Shown: one piece after another, positions 17,957 through 26,636 of the stretch
Numbering within the stretch: position 1 is the stretch's first letter
How the letters are laid out: every line of letters starts with the position of its first letter
IMG/VR virus record: IMGVR_UViG_3300032335_000575
From: an uncultured virus (IMG/VR IMGVR_UViG_3300032335_000575)
Taxonomy: Duplodnaviria > Heunggongvirae > Uroviricota > Caudoviricetes
Length of the DNA: 28,867 bases
Strand: one strand, 5' to 3'
Made by a program: the position numbers and the translations under genes
The notes under the pieces: generated by a model
The model's input: the letters and a program-made list of their open reading frames with translations, nothing else
Database searches by the model: none
What the model was told of the DNA's origin: nothing

Positions 17957-20484
17957 GTTCTGCGTCTCCTAGTTCCTTTTGACTCTCCAGAGGCGCCTCC
18001 GCCTCCAGAACTTCCTCCACCACTTGAACCACCAGTGCTTCCACCAGTAGCTCCTGCTGCTGCACCAACTGCGTTCATAGCAGCGCCTGCAGCAACAACG
18101 GCAGCGACTACCATTTCGGTTGCTTCTTCACGTTCTTCGGGGGACATATCAGCACCGATACTTCCAAGTGCTTTCAGGGCTTGACCAGGGTCATCAAATA
18201 TTGCGCCAAGTAACTCTGCAGGGCTCTCTAGTAGCACGAGTGCTGCAGCAACGTCTGCTGTAATTATAACTTCATTTCCGTTTTCATCCTGCCTAACCTC
18301 AACAGGGGTCTCTGGAGGTAGGTCCTTATACTCAATTCCAGCATCTTGAATTTGTTCTTTTGTAAGTGTCTCACCTGGGGCTACAGACTCAATGAGGGCT
18401 ATAGCAACTAGGTCTTTTTCAGCCTCGCTAAGCTTGCCGTCTTCACTAAGAGCATCAACTAAAGCAGAAACCTCCTCAGCGGTAACCTCACCGTCTGCGT
18501 TTAGGGCATCCATAACATCTTCAGCGTCAGCTGCAGTAAGTTTGCCGTCAGATAGAACGTCCTCTACTGCATTATCTACAGCTTCTTCTTCTGTAACAAC
18601 TACTTCCTCTTCAGGACTAGCGACTTCTTCTTCAGTTGTGATATCCTCTGGAGATGATTCTTCTAACGGATTTTCTGGCTCTGTTTCTGGTAACTCTGGT
18701 TGTGGTTCTTCTTCCACGGGTGGTTCGACTTCCGAAGGAGTCTCCTCGTTTTCTACGGGTAACTCTTCGGGTGCTTCCTCTTGTGGTTGCTCTTCTGTGG
18801 GTTCTGATGGCGTTTCTGTATCAGGGTCAGGCTCAGTAGATGGACTTTCAGAATCTGTCTGAGGAGGAGTGGTTGGCTCATCGACAACAGGAGACGTTGG
18901 GTTTTCTGGAACTACAGGCGCAGGTGGCGTTGAAGAAGAAGCAGCTTCTTGAGCAGCAGCTTCAGCAGCAGCCTGAGCAGCCGCCGCAGCCGCAGCCGCA
19001 GCCGCAGCAGCCTGTTGAGCCGCAAGTTGAGCAGCCTGAGCCTCCGCTTCAATACGAGAGTTCGTACTGGACACCACAGGAGCGATAGCCTCCGCTTTTA
19101 CAATTGCAGTATTTGCTAATTGATTAGCTGTTGTTAAAGCGCTATTCTGCGCTGATTGGAGGTTACCTAATGTTTGAGTTTCTGCTGTTAATGTGGTCTG
19201 AGCAGTTGCAAGTGCTGTCTCTGTTACTTGTTTCACTTCTGTCTTATCTATAACAACTGCTTCTGCTACAGGCACAGCAGCAACTGCTGTAGCAGCAGCA
19301 GCAACTAATGCTGGGTCTTGAGTAGTTGTTGTATGTGATAGATACTGAGCACCCACACCTGTGTGAATATTGCTGTGTTGCCAACCTAAATGAAGGGTTG
19401 CACCACCACCATTTTCGTAATACCACACTGCAATGTCTTTAGTTCTGTCGTTAGTAAAATCAATCCACTGACTTGGTGCGCTCCAAGTAGGACCTTGGTC
19501 TACCCACCTATCAACCACTAATACGTTATTTATATAAATTCTTGCGCCATCATCAGAATAAGTTAAGAAGCGAATGGTGTTTACGCCTTCTGGTGCGGTA
19601 ACTTGTCCTTCATAGGTAACAATTACATCCTCTGAACGATTAGAGCCAGCAACGTTACCGCTTCCCCAGTTTTCATTGATACCGTTAGTGTCAACTGCTG
19701 TGTGGATAGGTGTTGCCCCTTGTGGTAATACTGGAGCATTGTTCTGTCCTTGAACGTTATAAACTTTTACAACAAGACCAGGTGCGGTTGTAATAACGCC
19801 TGAGGCATCAGCAGCAGCCTGGGCTGTTGTTGCCTCTGTTTGAACTACTACAAGGGTTGTTTGAGCGTTAGTTAAATTAGTGGTTGCTACGGCAACGGCT
19901 TCAGTTGCAGTAGTAACGTCTTGCGTTACTACGGCTACTACTGCTGTTTGAGACTCTACTGCTGCAACAGCAATTACTGCTACGGCTGTTGCTGACTCTG
20001 CCGCTGCAATTGCTGTAGTTGCCTCTGCAACAGCTGTTACAACAGCAGTATCAGAAGCCGCTGCTGTTGGTATAATTGTGTTAGCAACAATAGCTGTTGC
20101 TGTATCAATCTTCTCTTGTACGGAGGTGACCGTAGGTGTCAAAGGAACTGGTGTGGTTGTTGGTGTTGCCTCTGGTGTGGTGGATTGGTTGGTCGATGGC
20201 GTTCCGCTGGATGAAGATTCGGTTACTGGTGGAGTTGAACCAGTTGAAGGAGCAGACGTCTGAGGCTCAGAAGTTGGTGCAGGGTCTCCAGAAGACGCAG
20301 GAGGATTGGTTACGACGGGATTCTCGCCTTGCGATGGAGCACTCGTTACGGTCGCTCCGTCCGAAGGAGCAGGACTAATCACCTGCTGTTCAGGAGCAGG
20401 TTCAGTTGCGTAGGCGGATTGTTGCCCTAATAAATAAAGAAATAATGTAAGAAATAGTGCTGCGAGTATACGCAGTGTGATTAT
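17953..20484 (-). CDS. Large exported, membrane-anchored PA14-domain protein
   Basis: PA14 motifs (INENWGSG, SDDGARIYIN, WYYENGGGATLHLGW), acidic Pro-rich stalk, C-terminal hydrophobic segment followed by RRRR. The frame extends 34 codons upstream of the track start and encodes a signal peptide. Confidence 0.8.
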   Translation of the reverse strand: MITLRILAALFLTLFLYLLGQQSAYATEPAPEQQVISPAPSDGATVTSAPSQGENPVVTNPPASSGDPAPTSEPQTSAPSTGSTPPVTESSSSGTPSTNQSTTPEATPTTTPVPLTPTVTSVQEKIDTATAIVANTIIPTAAASDTAVVTAVAEATTAIAAAESATAVAVIAVAAVESQTAVVAVVTQDVTTATEAVAVATTNLTNAQTTLVVVQTEATTAQAAADASGVITTAPGLVVKVYNVQGQNNAPVLPQGATPIHTAVDTNGINENWGSGNVAGSNRSEDVIVTYEGQVTAPEGVNTIRFLTYSDDGARIYINNVLVVDRWVDQGPTWSAPSQWIDFTNDRTKDIAVWYYENGGGATLHLGWQHSNIHTGVGAQYLSHTTTTQDPALVAAAATAVAAVPVAEAVVIDKTEVKQVTETALATAQTTLTAETQTLGNLQSAQNSALTTANQLANTAIVKAEAIAPVVSSTNSRIEAEAQAAQLAAQQAAAAAAAAAAAAQAAAEAAAQEAASSSTPPAPVVPENPTSPVVDEPTTPPQTDSESPSTEPDPDTETPSEPTEEQPQEEAPEELPVENEETPSEVEPPVEEEPQPELPETEPENPLEESSPEDITTEEEVASPEEEVVVTEEEAVDNAVEDVLSDGKLTAADAEDVMDALNADGEVTAEEVSALVDALSEDGKLSEAEKDLVAIALIESVAPGETLTKEQIQDAGIEYKDLPPETPVEVRQDENGNEVIITADVAAALVLLESPAELLGAIFDDPGQALKALGSIGADMSPEEREEATEMVVAAVVAAGAAMNAVGAAAGATGGSTGGSSGGGSSGGGGASGESKGTRRRRT

Positions 20485-20526
20485 TTATTTCTCTTCCCGT
20501 AGTGAAATACTAACAGGACCATATTA

Positions 20527-20721
20527 CTATTTATTTATATAATTAAACGGGTCAAATAAATCTATTGACTGTGATAACAAAGCTGTGCTTTTTTCTTTTG
20601 CGTGATGTCCGCAAAAATATAAATCACCATGTAAAAACGTAAACACAACTTGTGCAGCCGCGCTACAAAGGTCACACCTATCATCCGCTGTAAGCTCACG
20701 TGTCTGTACAACAGTTTCCAT
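20527..20721 (-). CDS. Small Cys/His protein of actinobacterial type
   Basis: LTADDRCDLC...LYFCGHH. Confidence 0.7.
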   Translation of the reverse strand: METVVQTRELTADDRCDLCSAAAQVVFTFLHGDLYFCGHHAKEKSTALLSQSIDLFDPFNYINK

Positions 20722-20735
20722 GGTGTTACCTCTCT

Positions 20736-20945
20736 TTACTTAGGTGGCCAGTTTTCATCACCACGTGCATATTCTGCATCCATGGCTTTTTCAAACTTCT
20801 TTCCTTCTGCACGATTACGACGACGTTGTGAAGGCCCAGGCATTGGTCCAAGAGGACTGTCTTTTAATATATCAGACATTTCCTTGTTAGATGGAACAAA
20901 TCTGCGAGCTGGATTATTTCCGCGGTCTTTAGCTGAGCTGCTCAT
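20736..20945 (-). CDS. Small basic hypothetical protein
   Basis: ATGA coupling. Confidence 0.6.
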   Translation of the reverse strand: MSSSAKDRGNNPARRFVPSNKEMSDILKDSPLGPMPGPSQRRRNRAEGKKFEKAMDAEYARGDENWPPK

Positions 20946-21223
20946 TTCTTTGGTGGGTGTCTTTCATCAGAAAGAGTGAAACCAGCGTTTTTCCAAACAT
21001 TTGGGTGAGTCTGCTGTGAACGATAAGCTTGTTGTCCCATACGTATACCTTTAGCGCTCACTGGCATATCTCCCATACCTTTAAGCTCACTTACAGGCAT
21101 ATTAGGGTTTAAACCAACAATGTAACCGCCGCGGTCCGCATCAGACTTTTCATGAGTGCGTTCTTGTTCTTTAGCACGATTCCATAGTGAGAACTGGTCA
21201 TCGCCTTTACGATAGATAGGCAT
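20942..21223 (-). CDS. Small protein, paralog of 21408..21671
   Basis: Shared MPIYRKGD.QF.L N-terminus and VS..KG...PVS..GI..G core. Confidence 0.7.
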   Translation of the reverse strand: MPIYRKGDDQFSLWNRAKEQERTHEKSDADRGGYIVGLNPNMPVSELKGMGDMPVSAKGIRMGQQAYRSQQTHPNVWKNAGFTLSDERHPPKK

Positions 21224-21408
21224 TATTTTTTACCCTTCATTGCGCCAAAAAACCCTGATGTCTTTGGGATTAAGTTACCTTTTGAGTCTTTAGGTGTTGC
21301 TGTCTCGTCTCCACGAGAAAATCTCCAACGGTGGTCGCGTTCGCTATCAGGCTCGTAAGGACTCTTAAACTGGCTTTCACTACGCTTATCTACATGGTCT
21401 TCAGACAT
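21223..21408 (-). CDS. Small hypothetical protein
   Basis: TAATG coupling on both sides. Confidence 0.65.
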   Translation of the reverse strand: MSEDHVDKRSESQFKSPYEPDSERDHRWRFSRGDETATPKDSKGNLIPKTSGFFGAMKGKK

Positions 21409-21671
21409 TAGTAGCCCTTTCCTCTAACACGAAACTTTTCGCGTTCACGTAATCTACGCTGTTCTTTTCCTGCTGTAATTCCTGCACCGCTTACTGGGAA
21501 CTCACCTTTAATATCAGAGACTTTCATATCTGTAGAGCCTACAGTAATTCCGTTAATACGTGCGGACTTTGCATCGTCCTTAACGTTTACGTTCTCTAAA
21601 CGACTATGGAAGTCTTGTTTGGCAGCTTCTTCAAGCCCAAACTGTGAGTCTCCTTTGCGGTAAATAGGCAT
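21408..21671 (-). CDS. Small protein, paralog of 20942..21223
   Basis: MPIYRKGDSQFGL... Confidence 0.7.
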   Translation of the reverse strand: MPIYRKGDSQFGLEEAAKQDFHSRLENVNVKDDAKSARINGITVGSTDMKVSDIKGEFPVSGAGITAGKEQRRLREREKFRVRGKGY

Positions 21672-21964
21672 TACTTTTCGTTTTCCTTTTTACCTGCACG
21701 ACGCTTGTTTTCTTTAGCAGTGTTCTTGCTACGAGAAATAGCGCGAAGGTTTCCCTTAGAATCATTATTGTGGTTGTTGTCCTTGTGGTCAACAGTTGTG
21801 TCTTTAGATTTAATCTTGCCGTTCTTAGACTCGTAGTCTGCACGGGCTTTGTTTTTAGAAGTGGTAACCCACTTACCGCCTACCTTTTTCTTGTAGACGT
21901 AAATAGGGCGTCCGCCATTTTCTTTAGAACCCTTGTAGGGTCCAAACTTCTTAGCTTCAGCCAT
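21671..21964 (-). CDS. HNH endonuclease-like protein
   Basis: VDHKDNNHNNDSKGNLRAISRSKN. Confidence 0.7.
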   Translation of the reverse strand: MAEAKKFGPYKGSKENGGRPIYVYKKKVGGKWVTTSKNKARADYESKNGKIKSKDTTVDHKDNNHNNDSKGNLRAISRSKNTAKENKRRAGKKENEK

Positions 21965-22157
21965 TCTTCTTGTGCCAATCTTTAGTAGCTTTTACGCCTG
22001 CCTTAACGGTCTTAGCGCCAGCTTTCTTCGTAAGATTAATTTTATCGTATTTTCCCTTTTTTCCAGCGTGGTCTACGATAATGTCGCCTTTTTTATTTTT
22101 CTTAATGGTGTGCTTCTCACCAGCTGCTTTAATTACCTTTGCCACTGTTACCCTCAT
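21957..22157 (-). CDS. Small Lys-rich protein
   Basis: Operon-coupled. Confidence 0.6.
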   Translation of the reverse strand: MRVTVAKVIKAAGEKHTIKKNKKGDIIVDHAGKKGKYDKINLTKKAGAKTVKAGVKATKDWHKKNG

Positions 22158-22380
22158 ATCCTAAGCTAACTGCGTCTGCAATACTGTAATTTGGAGTATG
22201 CATAGCTCCGTCTTTAGAAAATGTCTTAGCTGGGCGCTTTTCAGGAGCCGATGCACACGCATGTGCATCAGGGTGAAAACTTTGTGAACCCCCATGCTTT
22301 AAGCTAACAGATTTAGCTTCTCCACGGATTTCACGTCCGCACCCATCACAGGTAGGAAACTGGTCAGAATTCTTTTTCAT
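22129..22380 (-). CDS. Small Cys/His protein
   Basis: CDGC...H....C; DQF near the N-terminus. Confidence 0.6.
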   Translation of the reverse strand: MKKNSDQFPTCDGCGREIRGEAKSVSLKHGGSQSFHPDAHACASAPEKRPAKTFSKDGAMHTPNYSIADAVSLGYEGNSGKGN

Positions 22381-22595
22381 TAGATAAGGTTAGGGTAGTT
22401 GCTTCCGCTAATTGATGATGGGTGCGGTTGGGAATCTTTATCGCGTCCTTGAACCAGGTTTTGTACACGTCCCGCTACGCCTGCTTCTACTCCTCGTACA
22501 GCTCCTGCTTTAGCAGCTTGACCTGCTGATGAGGCGCCAACACGGGCAGCCATAGGTGCTAGACGGGCTGCAACTGCTGCAATTGCTGGAAGCAT
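22380..22595 (-). CDS. Small Ala-rich protein
   Basis: TAATG coupling. Confidence 0.6.
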   Translation of the reverse strand: MLPAIAAVAARLAPMAARVGASSAGQAAKAGAVRGVEAGVAGRVQNLVQGRDKDSQPHPSSISGSNYPNLI

Positions 22596-22858
22596 TATCT
22601 TTCTCCTCTATTTCTAAATGAACGATTTAAAACATCACTCGCTTGTTCAGATACATTGTATCTTCCATAAGACGGACGTGGACCATCAAACATACCGATA
22701 TGTATTGCACGAAATTCATTGACGCGACTGCGTTTATCCTTAGCCTTTGACGAAGGCGCTTTGGCCGTGTTTACACCTTTCTTTGGTGTACTTTTCTTAG
22801 GTGCATCTTTACCAAATGCACGTTCTGCTTTAGAGCGTCCTAACGCTGGGTCATGCAT
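22595..22858 (-). CDS. Small basic protein
   Basis: Likely starts MHDPALG at 22858 via TAATG overlap. Confidence 0.6.
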   Translation of the reverse strand: MHDPALGRSKAERAFGKDAPKKSTPKKGVNTAKAPSSKAKDKRSRVNEFRAIHIGMFDGPRPSYGRYNVSEQASDVLNRSFRNRGER

Positions 22859-23121
22859 TAGCAATCCCACTTTCTACGTGCTTTGTTTAAACGACTGTTA
22901 GGGTCTTTAGCTGCCTTAGGAAAATCTTTTGCTTGTCCTGCGCTACGTGCACAGTATGACTTACGTCGTGCTGCACTCTTAGGAGACTTCTTAGCTTGTT
23001 CTTTACTTACAGGTGGCTTAAGGTTGTGACCTTCTTTTTTTGCAGAAGCACGGCCCTTTGCATTAAGTCCGCCTTCTTTGTTCTGTCCCTCTTTACGTTG
23101 CCAAGCTGGAGTCTTTGCCAT
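22858..23121 (-). CDS. Conserved basic phage protein (DUF6321-like)
   Basis: AWQRKEGQN.EGGLNAKGRAS...RRKSYCAR...DPNSRLNKARRKWDC. Confidence 0.7.
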   Translation of the reverse strand: MAKTPAWQRKEGQNKEGGLNAKGRASAKKEGHNLKPPVSKEQAKKSPKSAARRKSYCARSAGQAKDFPKAAKDPNSRLNKARRKWDC

Positions 23122-23351
23122 TAGTATCCCTCTGGTTTACGTGATGCCTTGTTACGCTTGAAAGCGGCCATAGAGGTAACATTCGGCGCGATTGCAGAAT
23201 TAGTACCTGAGTAATGTGCGTTCTGAACGTTGTTCTCAGTATCAGATAAGTTCTGGTCGAAAAATTCGTGACGACGATTCTCTCCTCCGCCACGGTTGCG
23301 TAAACCATTATGAGCAGGGTGATTAGGTCCAGGTGTCTTCATATCGTCCAT
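23121..23351 (-). CDS. Small hypothetical protein
   Basis: RBS GAGGAG; TAATG coupling. Confidence 0.65.
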   Translation of the reverse strand: MDDMKTPGPNHPAHNGLRNRGGGENRRHEFFDQNLSDTENNVQNAHYSGTNSAIAPNVTSMAAFKRNKASRKPEGY

Positions 23352-23365
23352 GTTTACATTCTCCT

Positions 23366-23611
23366 CTATTTACTCTTAATGGTCTTGATATATGCCACAT
23401 AAGAGGAAACCAACATATGTATTAATTGGGGAGAATCTGGGTGTTTATCAATAAAATGCTGTTTCCACGCAATCGCGTCATACTCCAACCGCCCGCAGCC
23501 ATTATCTACATCACCAAACAATAACTTAGCAAACTTTGCGACACGCCCAGGCACATCCATGCTATCGCTAAGAAACTCATTGAAACTCATAAGCATAGGG
23601 TAAGGTCCCAA
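23366..23611 (-). CDS. Hypothetical protein, first gene of the minus-strand block (start uncertain)
   Basis: 81 aa open frame; may start at MSFNEF. Confidence 0.6.
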   Translation of the reverse strand: MGPYPMLMSFNEFLSDSMDVPGRVAKFAKLLFGDVDNGCGRLEYDAIAWKQHFIDKHPDSPQLIHMLVSSYVAYIKTIKSK

Positions 23612-23738
23612 TCTAAATTAAACTGGGCAAACGTGCAGAAGGGCTACTGCCTCATATTTCCCCGACCTCATTAAAAATTTTTAAGGCTACTGTCTGCCCC
23701 CCAAGCAAGTACCTACTCCTGCGCCCTGGTGGCTTTCT

Positions 23739-23869
23739 TAGTTATCCACAGGTCTAACCCTGGGGGGTGTGGATAACTACCTATAAAACGTTATAGAAAC
23801 GAGACCGACTAGGCTTGCGTGTGGTAGCCCTATCTAATAGTGTTCTCTTAGTGAACAAGGGGTTCACTA
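23739..23869 (+). promoter_or_regulatory. Cassette head 1: inverted DnaA-box pair, GTTAT-N6 repeat, TTGCGT-N17-TAGTGT promoter, leader hairpin
   Basis: TTATCCACA at 23742, TGTGGATAA at 23768, GTTAT at 23790, -35 at 23815, -10 at 23838, hairpin TAGTGAAC-AAGGG-GTTCACTA. Confidence 0.75.
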
Positions 23870-23887
23870 CCTAACAAGGGGAAATAA

Positions 23888-24079
23888 ATGTCACAAAACG
23901 ACAATGTTAGCCAAGTAGTAGCCGAGGCTATTGCAGTAGTAGTATCACACGTCCCAGCAGACAAGCGCGAGGCTATCCAAGGGATACTCTCAAGCGTAGC
24001 AGTTGCACAATACCAAGCGGGATACCGCGACGCCATCAAGACATCACTCGAAACAGTAACCGAGGCGTTTACCAAATGA
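23888..24079 (+). CDS. Hypothetical early protein
   Basis: RBS AAGGGG; 63 aa. Confidence 0.7.
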   Translation: MSQNDNVSQVVAEAIAVVVSHVPADKREAIQGILSSVAVAQYQAGYRDAIKTSLETVTEAFTK

Positions 24080-24333
24080 ACACGCTATTCATTGACCTAA
24101 TCAACGCGGCGTTTACCAGCGAGCAAGCGCACGAGTATGCAATCAACAAGGACGGCAACCTAGAAGGTTTCAGTCACGAGGTAGTTATCCAAGGCACAAG
24201 TTACATAGTGAAGGGCTCAGACTGCAGCCGTTGCGACGGCTCACACGTAGACTGCCACTATGTCGAGCGAGTGACCGAGTATCCCGAGGAAGCTTTAGAA
24301 AACTTAGAACTAATCAAGTCAATGGAAGGATAA
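24076..24333 (+). CDS. Hypothetical early protein (CxxC...H..CH)
   Basis: ATGA coupling, RBS GAGG. Confidence 0.7.
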   Translation: MNTLFIDLINAAFTSEQAHEYAINKDGNLEGFSHEVVIQGTSYIVKGSDCSRCDGSHVDCHYVERVTEYPEEALENLELIKSMEG

Positions 24334-24337
24334 GGTT

Positions 24338-24386
24338 AGAGGCGAGGACTTCCCCCCTCGCCTCTCTCGATTCCCCGTAGGGGAAT
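24338..24386 (+). terminator. Double hairpin at end of cassette 1
   Basis: AGAGGCGAGG/CCTCGCCTCT and ATTCCCC/GGGGAAT; weak U-tract. Confidence 0.5.
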
Positions 24387-24455
24387 GGGGAGGGTGGGCC
24401 AACACAAACATTGGCTTAGGGTAAGGCAAACGAACCCACTACTACAGAGAGAGCC

Positions 24456-24559
24456 TGTGGATAACTATAGTAAAAACGTTATAGAAATGTAATCGTGTCG
24501 CCTTGCGTATTGCTGGCGCCGTGTAATAGTCTTATCTCATAAGCGCAAGGGGCGTTTAT
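24456..24559 (+). promoter_or_regulatory. Cassette head 2
   Basis: TGTGGATAA at 24456, GTTAT-agaaat-GTAAT at 24478, TTGCGT at 24503, TAGTCT at 24527, hairpin ATAAGCGC-AAGGG-GCGTTTAT. Confidence 0.75.
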
Positions 24560-24575
24560 AGTAAAGGGGTTAGAA

Positions 24576-24716
24576 ATGAACAAGTGTTCAATATGTGGAA
24601 CAGATGAAGGAATCGTATTTAGTGGCGTAGATGCGTTTCTACTAGGTTGCATGGATAGAATAGAAAAAATCTGCTATCCGTGCGCTAACGAGGAAGCGAG
24701 GAAGGTAAATGCGTAA
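24576..24716 (+). CDS. 46-aa zinc-ribbon microprotein (not in ORF track)
   Basis: MNKCSICGTDEG...KICYPCANEEARKVNA; RBS AAAGGGG. Confidence 0.7.
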   Translation: MNKCSICGTDEGIVFSGVDAFLLGCMDRIEKICYPCANEEARKVNA

Positions 24717-24945
24717 TGAAATCATCTTCTACAATGGTTTCAACTTACTCGTGGACATACTCGTCGCGTGTATTGCTGGATACTTCGCTTATCGTGCGGG
24801 CTGGTTCCGTGGTTATAGTGAAGGAAGTGCAGACGAGCGCGAGCGCTGGGAGCACGATACGAATTCGTATTACGCAGACGCACACGCAGACTATCTTGCA
24901 GAACAATACCGCGAGGAGGTCAAATACAATGAAACTTCACGTTAG
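24709..24945 (+). CDS. Small single-TM membrane protein
   Basis: Hydrophobic LLVDILVACIAGYFAY followed by a charged tail. Confidence 0.7.
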   Translation: MRNEIIFYNGFNLLVDILVACIAGYFAYRAGWFRGYSEGSADERERWEHDTNSYYADAHADYLAEQYREEVKYNETSR

Positions 24946-25231
24946 CCAAAAAGTAGCGATGGAGCGCATACCAAACCGCGAGCCGTTTGAAGCGTCAAGC
25001 CTAAGCGGTAAGTATTACAACTACACACCAAGCGCGGGAAGGTTAGGTGATGAATACAACAAGCTAGTGGCAGACTTCAAGCCTGGCGCGTATGTAATCT
25101 TCTCCTACGCTACGCCTATCGCATGGTTTGGCGCAAATGGTTGGTATGTAGTAGAACAAAAGTTCTCACCTACTACCAGCAAAACGCAAACGTTTATCCG
25201 TCGTGCGCTAGCCGAAAGGGTAGTTGCATAA
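24929..25231 (+). CDS. Hypothetical early protein (100 aa)
   Basis: Probable start MKLHVSQK at 24929 with RBS GAGGAGG; motifs YVIFSYATPIAW and SPTTSK.Q. Confidence 0.75.
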   Translation: MKLHVSQKVAMERIPNREPFEASSLSGKYYNYTPSAGRLGDEYNKLVADFKPGAYVIFSYATPIAWFGANGWYVVEQKFSPTTSKTQTFIRRALAERVVA

Positions 25232-25243
25232 ATCCCCTACGAC

Positions 25244-25278
25244 TCAGCCCCAGCCAATTGGCTGGGGCTGATTTGTTT
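25244..25278 (+). terminator. Intrinsic terminator
   Basis: TCAGCCCCAGCC-AATT-GGCTGGGGCTGA-TTTGTTT. Confidence 0.8.
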
Positions 25279-25359
25279 GTGTTGGGGCTTATGGATTGGG
25301 GCTGGATATAGCAACGCTAAAGCAGCTATATCCTGTGCCCCATAAGCCCCAACACAAAC
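25275..25359. repeat. Foldback palindromic element A
   Basis: 20-bp perfect arms GTTTGTGTTGGGGCTTATGG/CCATAAGCCCCAACACAAAC plus inner stem GGATATAGC/GCTATATCC. Confidence 0.9.
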
Positions 25360-25476
25360 TTTTCCACAGGGTTATCCACAGGGTGTGGATGAGATTGTTA
25401 TAGAAACGTAATCAACCGAGAGTAGACAATAATGCTGGCGCTCGCATAAGATGGGCTTACTAGGCACCCGCCTAGT
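25360..25476 (+). promoter_or_regulatory. Cassette head 3 (three DnaA-like boxes)
   Basis: TTTTCCACA at 25360, TTATCCACA at 25372, TGTGGATGA at 25384, GTTAT-agaaac-GTAAT at 25397, TAGACA at 25423, TAAGAT at 25447, hairpin ACTAGGC/GCCTAGT. Confidence 0.7.
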
Positions 25477-25499
25477 CTTATCGAAAGGGGAGAATTCTC

Positions 25500-26507
25500 A
25501 TGGCTCATAACCTAGAAGAATTCGACAATGGGCAAGTTGCATTTGCCCTGCGTGGCGCCCCAGCGTGGCATGGCTTAGCCAATGCCACCTTTGACGTGGA
25601 TGCGGATATCTCAACCGCCGACATGCTCAAGGGCGCTATGCTCAAGGACTGGAACGTCCGCCTTGAGCCTTGCGTATATCCAGACGGGTATCGCACCAAG
25701 GGCAACATGAATTACGTTGTCCGCACCAATCCTGCAGACCAAGGCACCGACGTGCTCGCCGTTGTAGGAGACCGCTATCGCGTATTCCAAAACGAGGACC
25801 TCTTCGACTTTGGCGATAACATCCTTGATGGTGGCGCATCATGGGAGTCTGCTGGCTCAATCAAAGATGGCAAAGTTGTCTTTGGCTCTTTGGTAGTGCC
25901 ACGCGAATTTATTCTTGATGCAGATGGCATCGCCGATAAGACTACGACTTATCTGCTAGTCCACTCTTCACATGATGGCTCTGCAAGTGTTCAAGCATCC
26001 ATCACACCCGTCCGTGTTGTCTGCCAAAACACACTCAACATGGCGCTACGCTCAACCAAGCAATCATTCAAAGTGCGCCACACTTTGAAAGTTGAGGGTC
26101 GCGTTGCCGAGGCTCGCCGAGTCCTAGGGCTAACATTCGCACACATGGATGAATTCGAAACCATGGCTAAGGCTCTCTTTGAGACCGAGGTATCTGCCAA
26201 GCAATGGAGCGACCTTGTAAAGGCAATTTATCCTTTGGACGATAATGCGCCAAAAGGCACCGCTACCAAGCACCAGCAAAAGATGGACGTCCTTGATGAA
26301 TTGTATTTCAAGGCACCAACTCAAGATGGTATCCGTGGCACCGCATGGGGTGCTCTAAACGCTATGACTGAGCGCTTAGATTACTACCGCCCATCACGCA
26401 CCGCCAATGGCGAGGCAATCGTCGCTGCTGCATCAGGCTTTGATGCAATGGTCAATGCCGAAAAGGCACGTATTCTCTCTGCCGTCCGCGAGTTCGCGAG
26501 CGCCTAG
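25500..26507 (+). CDS. DUF932 family phage/plasmid protein
   Basis: MAHNLE...PAWHGL, V.DRY...QNE..F.F, WESAGS..DG, YLL..SHDG, TPVRVVCQNTL, GTAWGALNA.TE..D. Confidence 0.9.
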   Translation: MAHNLEEFDNGQVAFALRGAPAWHGLANATFDVDADISTADMLKGAMLKDWNVRLEPCVYPDGYRTKGNMNYVVRTNPADQGTDVLAVVGDRYRVFQNEDLFDFGDNILDGGASWESAGSIKDGKVVFGSLVVPREFILDADGIADKTTTYLLVHSSHDGSASVQASITPVRVVCQNTLNMALRSTKQSFKVRHTLKVEGRVAEARRVLGLTFAHMDEFETMAKALFETEVSAKQWSDLVKAIYPLDDNAPKGTATKHQQKMDVLDELYFKAPTQDGIRGTAWGALNAMTERLDYYRPSRTANGEAIVAAASGFDAMVNAEKARILSAVREFASA

Positions 26508-26521
26508 TAGGATAAGCAAGC

Positions 26522-26556
26522 GAGCCCCCAGCCAAAAGCTGGGGGCTCATTTGTTT
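26522..26556 (+). terminator. Intrinsic terminator
   Basis: GAGCCCCCAGC-CAAAA-GCTGGGGGCTC-ATTTGTTT. Confidence 0.8.
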
Positions 26557-26631
26557 GTGCTGGGGCTTTATATGTGCTTATGGGCAGGGTAGTTGTCTTT
26601 CCTGCCCATATATAAAGCCCCAGCACAAACA
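26552..26631. repeat. Foldback palindromic element B
   Basis: 22-bp arms TGTTTGTGCTGGGGCTTTATAT/ATATAAAGCCCCAGCACAAACA plus inner stem TATGGGCAGG/CCTGCCCATA. Confidence 0.9.
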
Positions 26632-26636
26632 TTGCC

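Noticed and set aside
18950..19040. GCA/GCC triplet run as a DNA repeat element
   Set aside because: Simply encodes the poly-Ala/Gln stalk of the PA14 protein.
24716..24928. N-terminal 71 aa of the 171-aa track ORF
   Set aside because: Overlaps the 24709..24945 gene, and a strong RBS supports the start at 24929.
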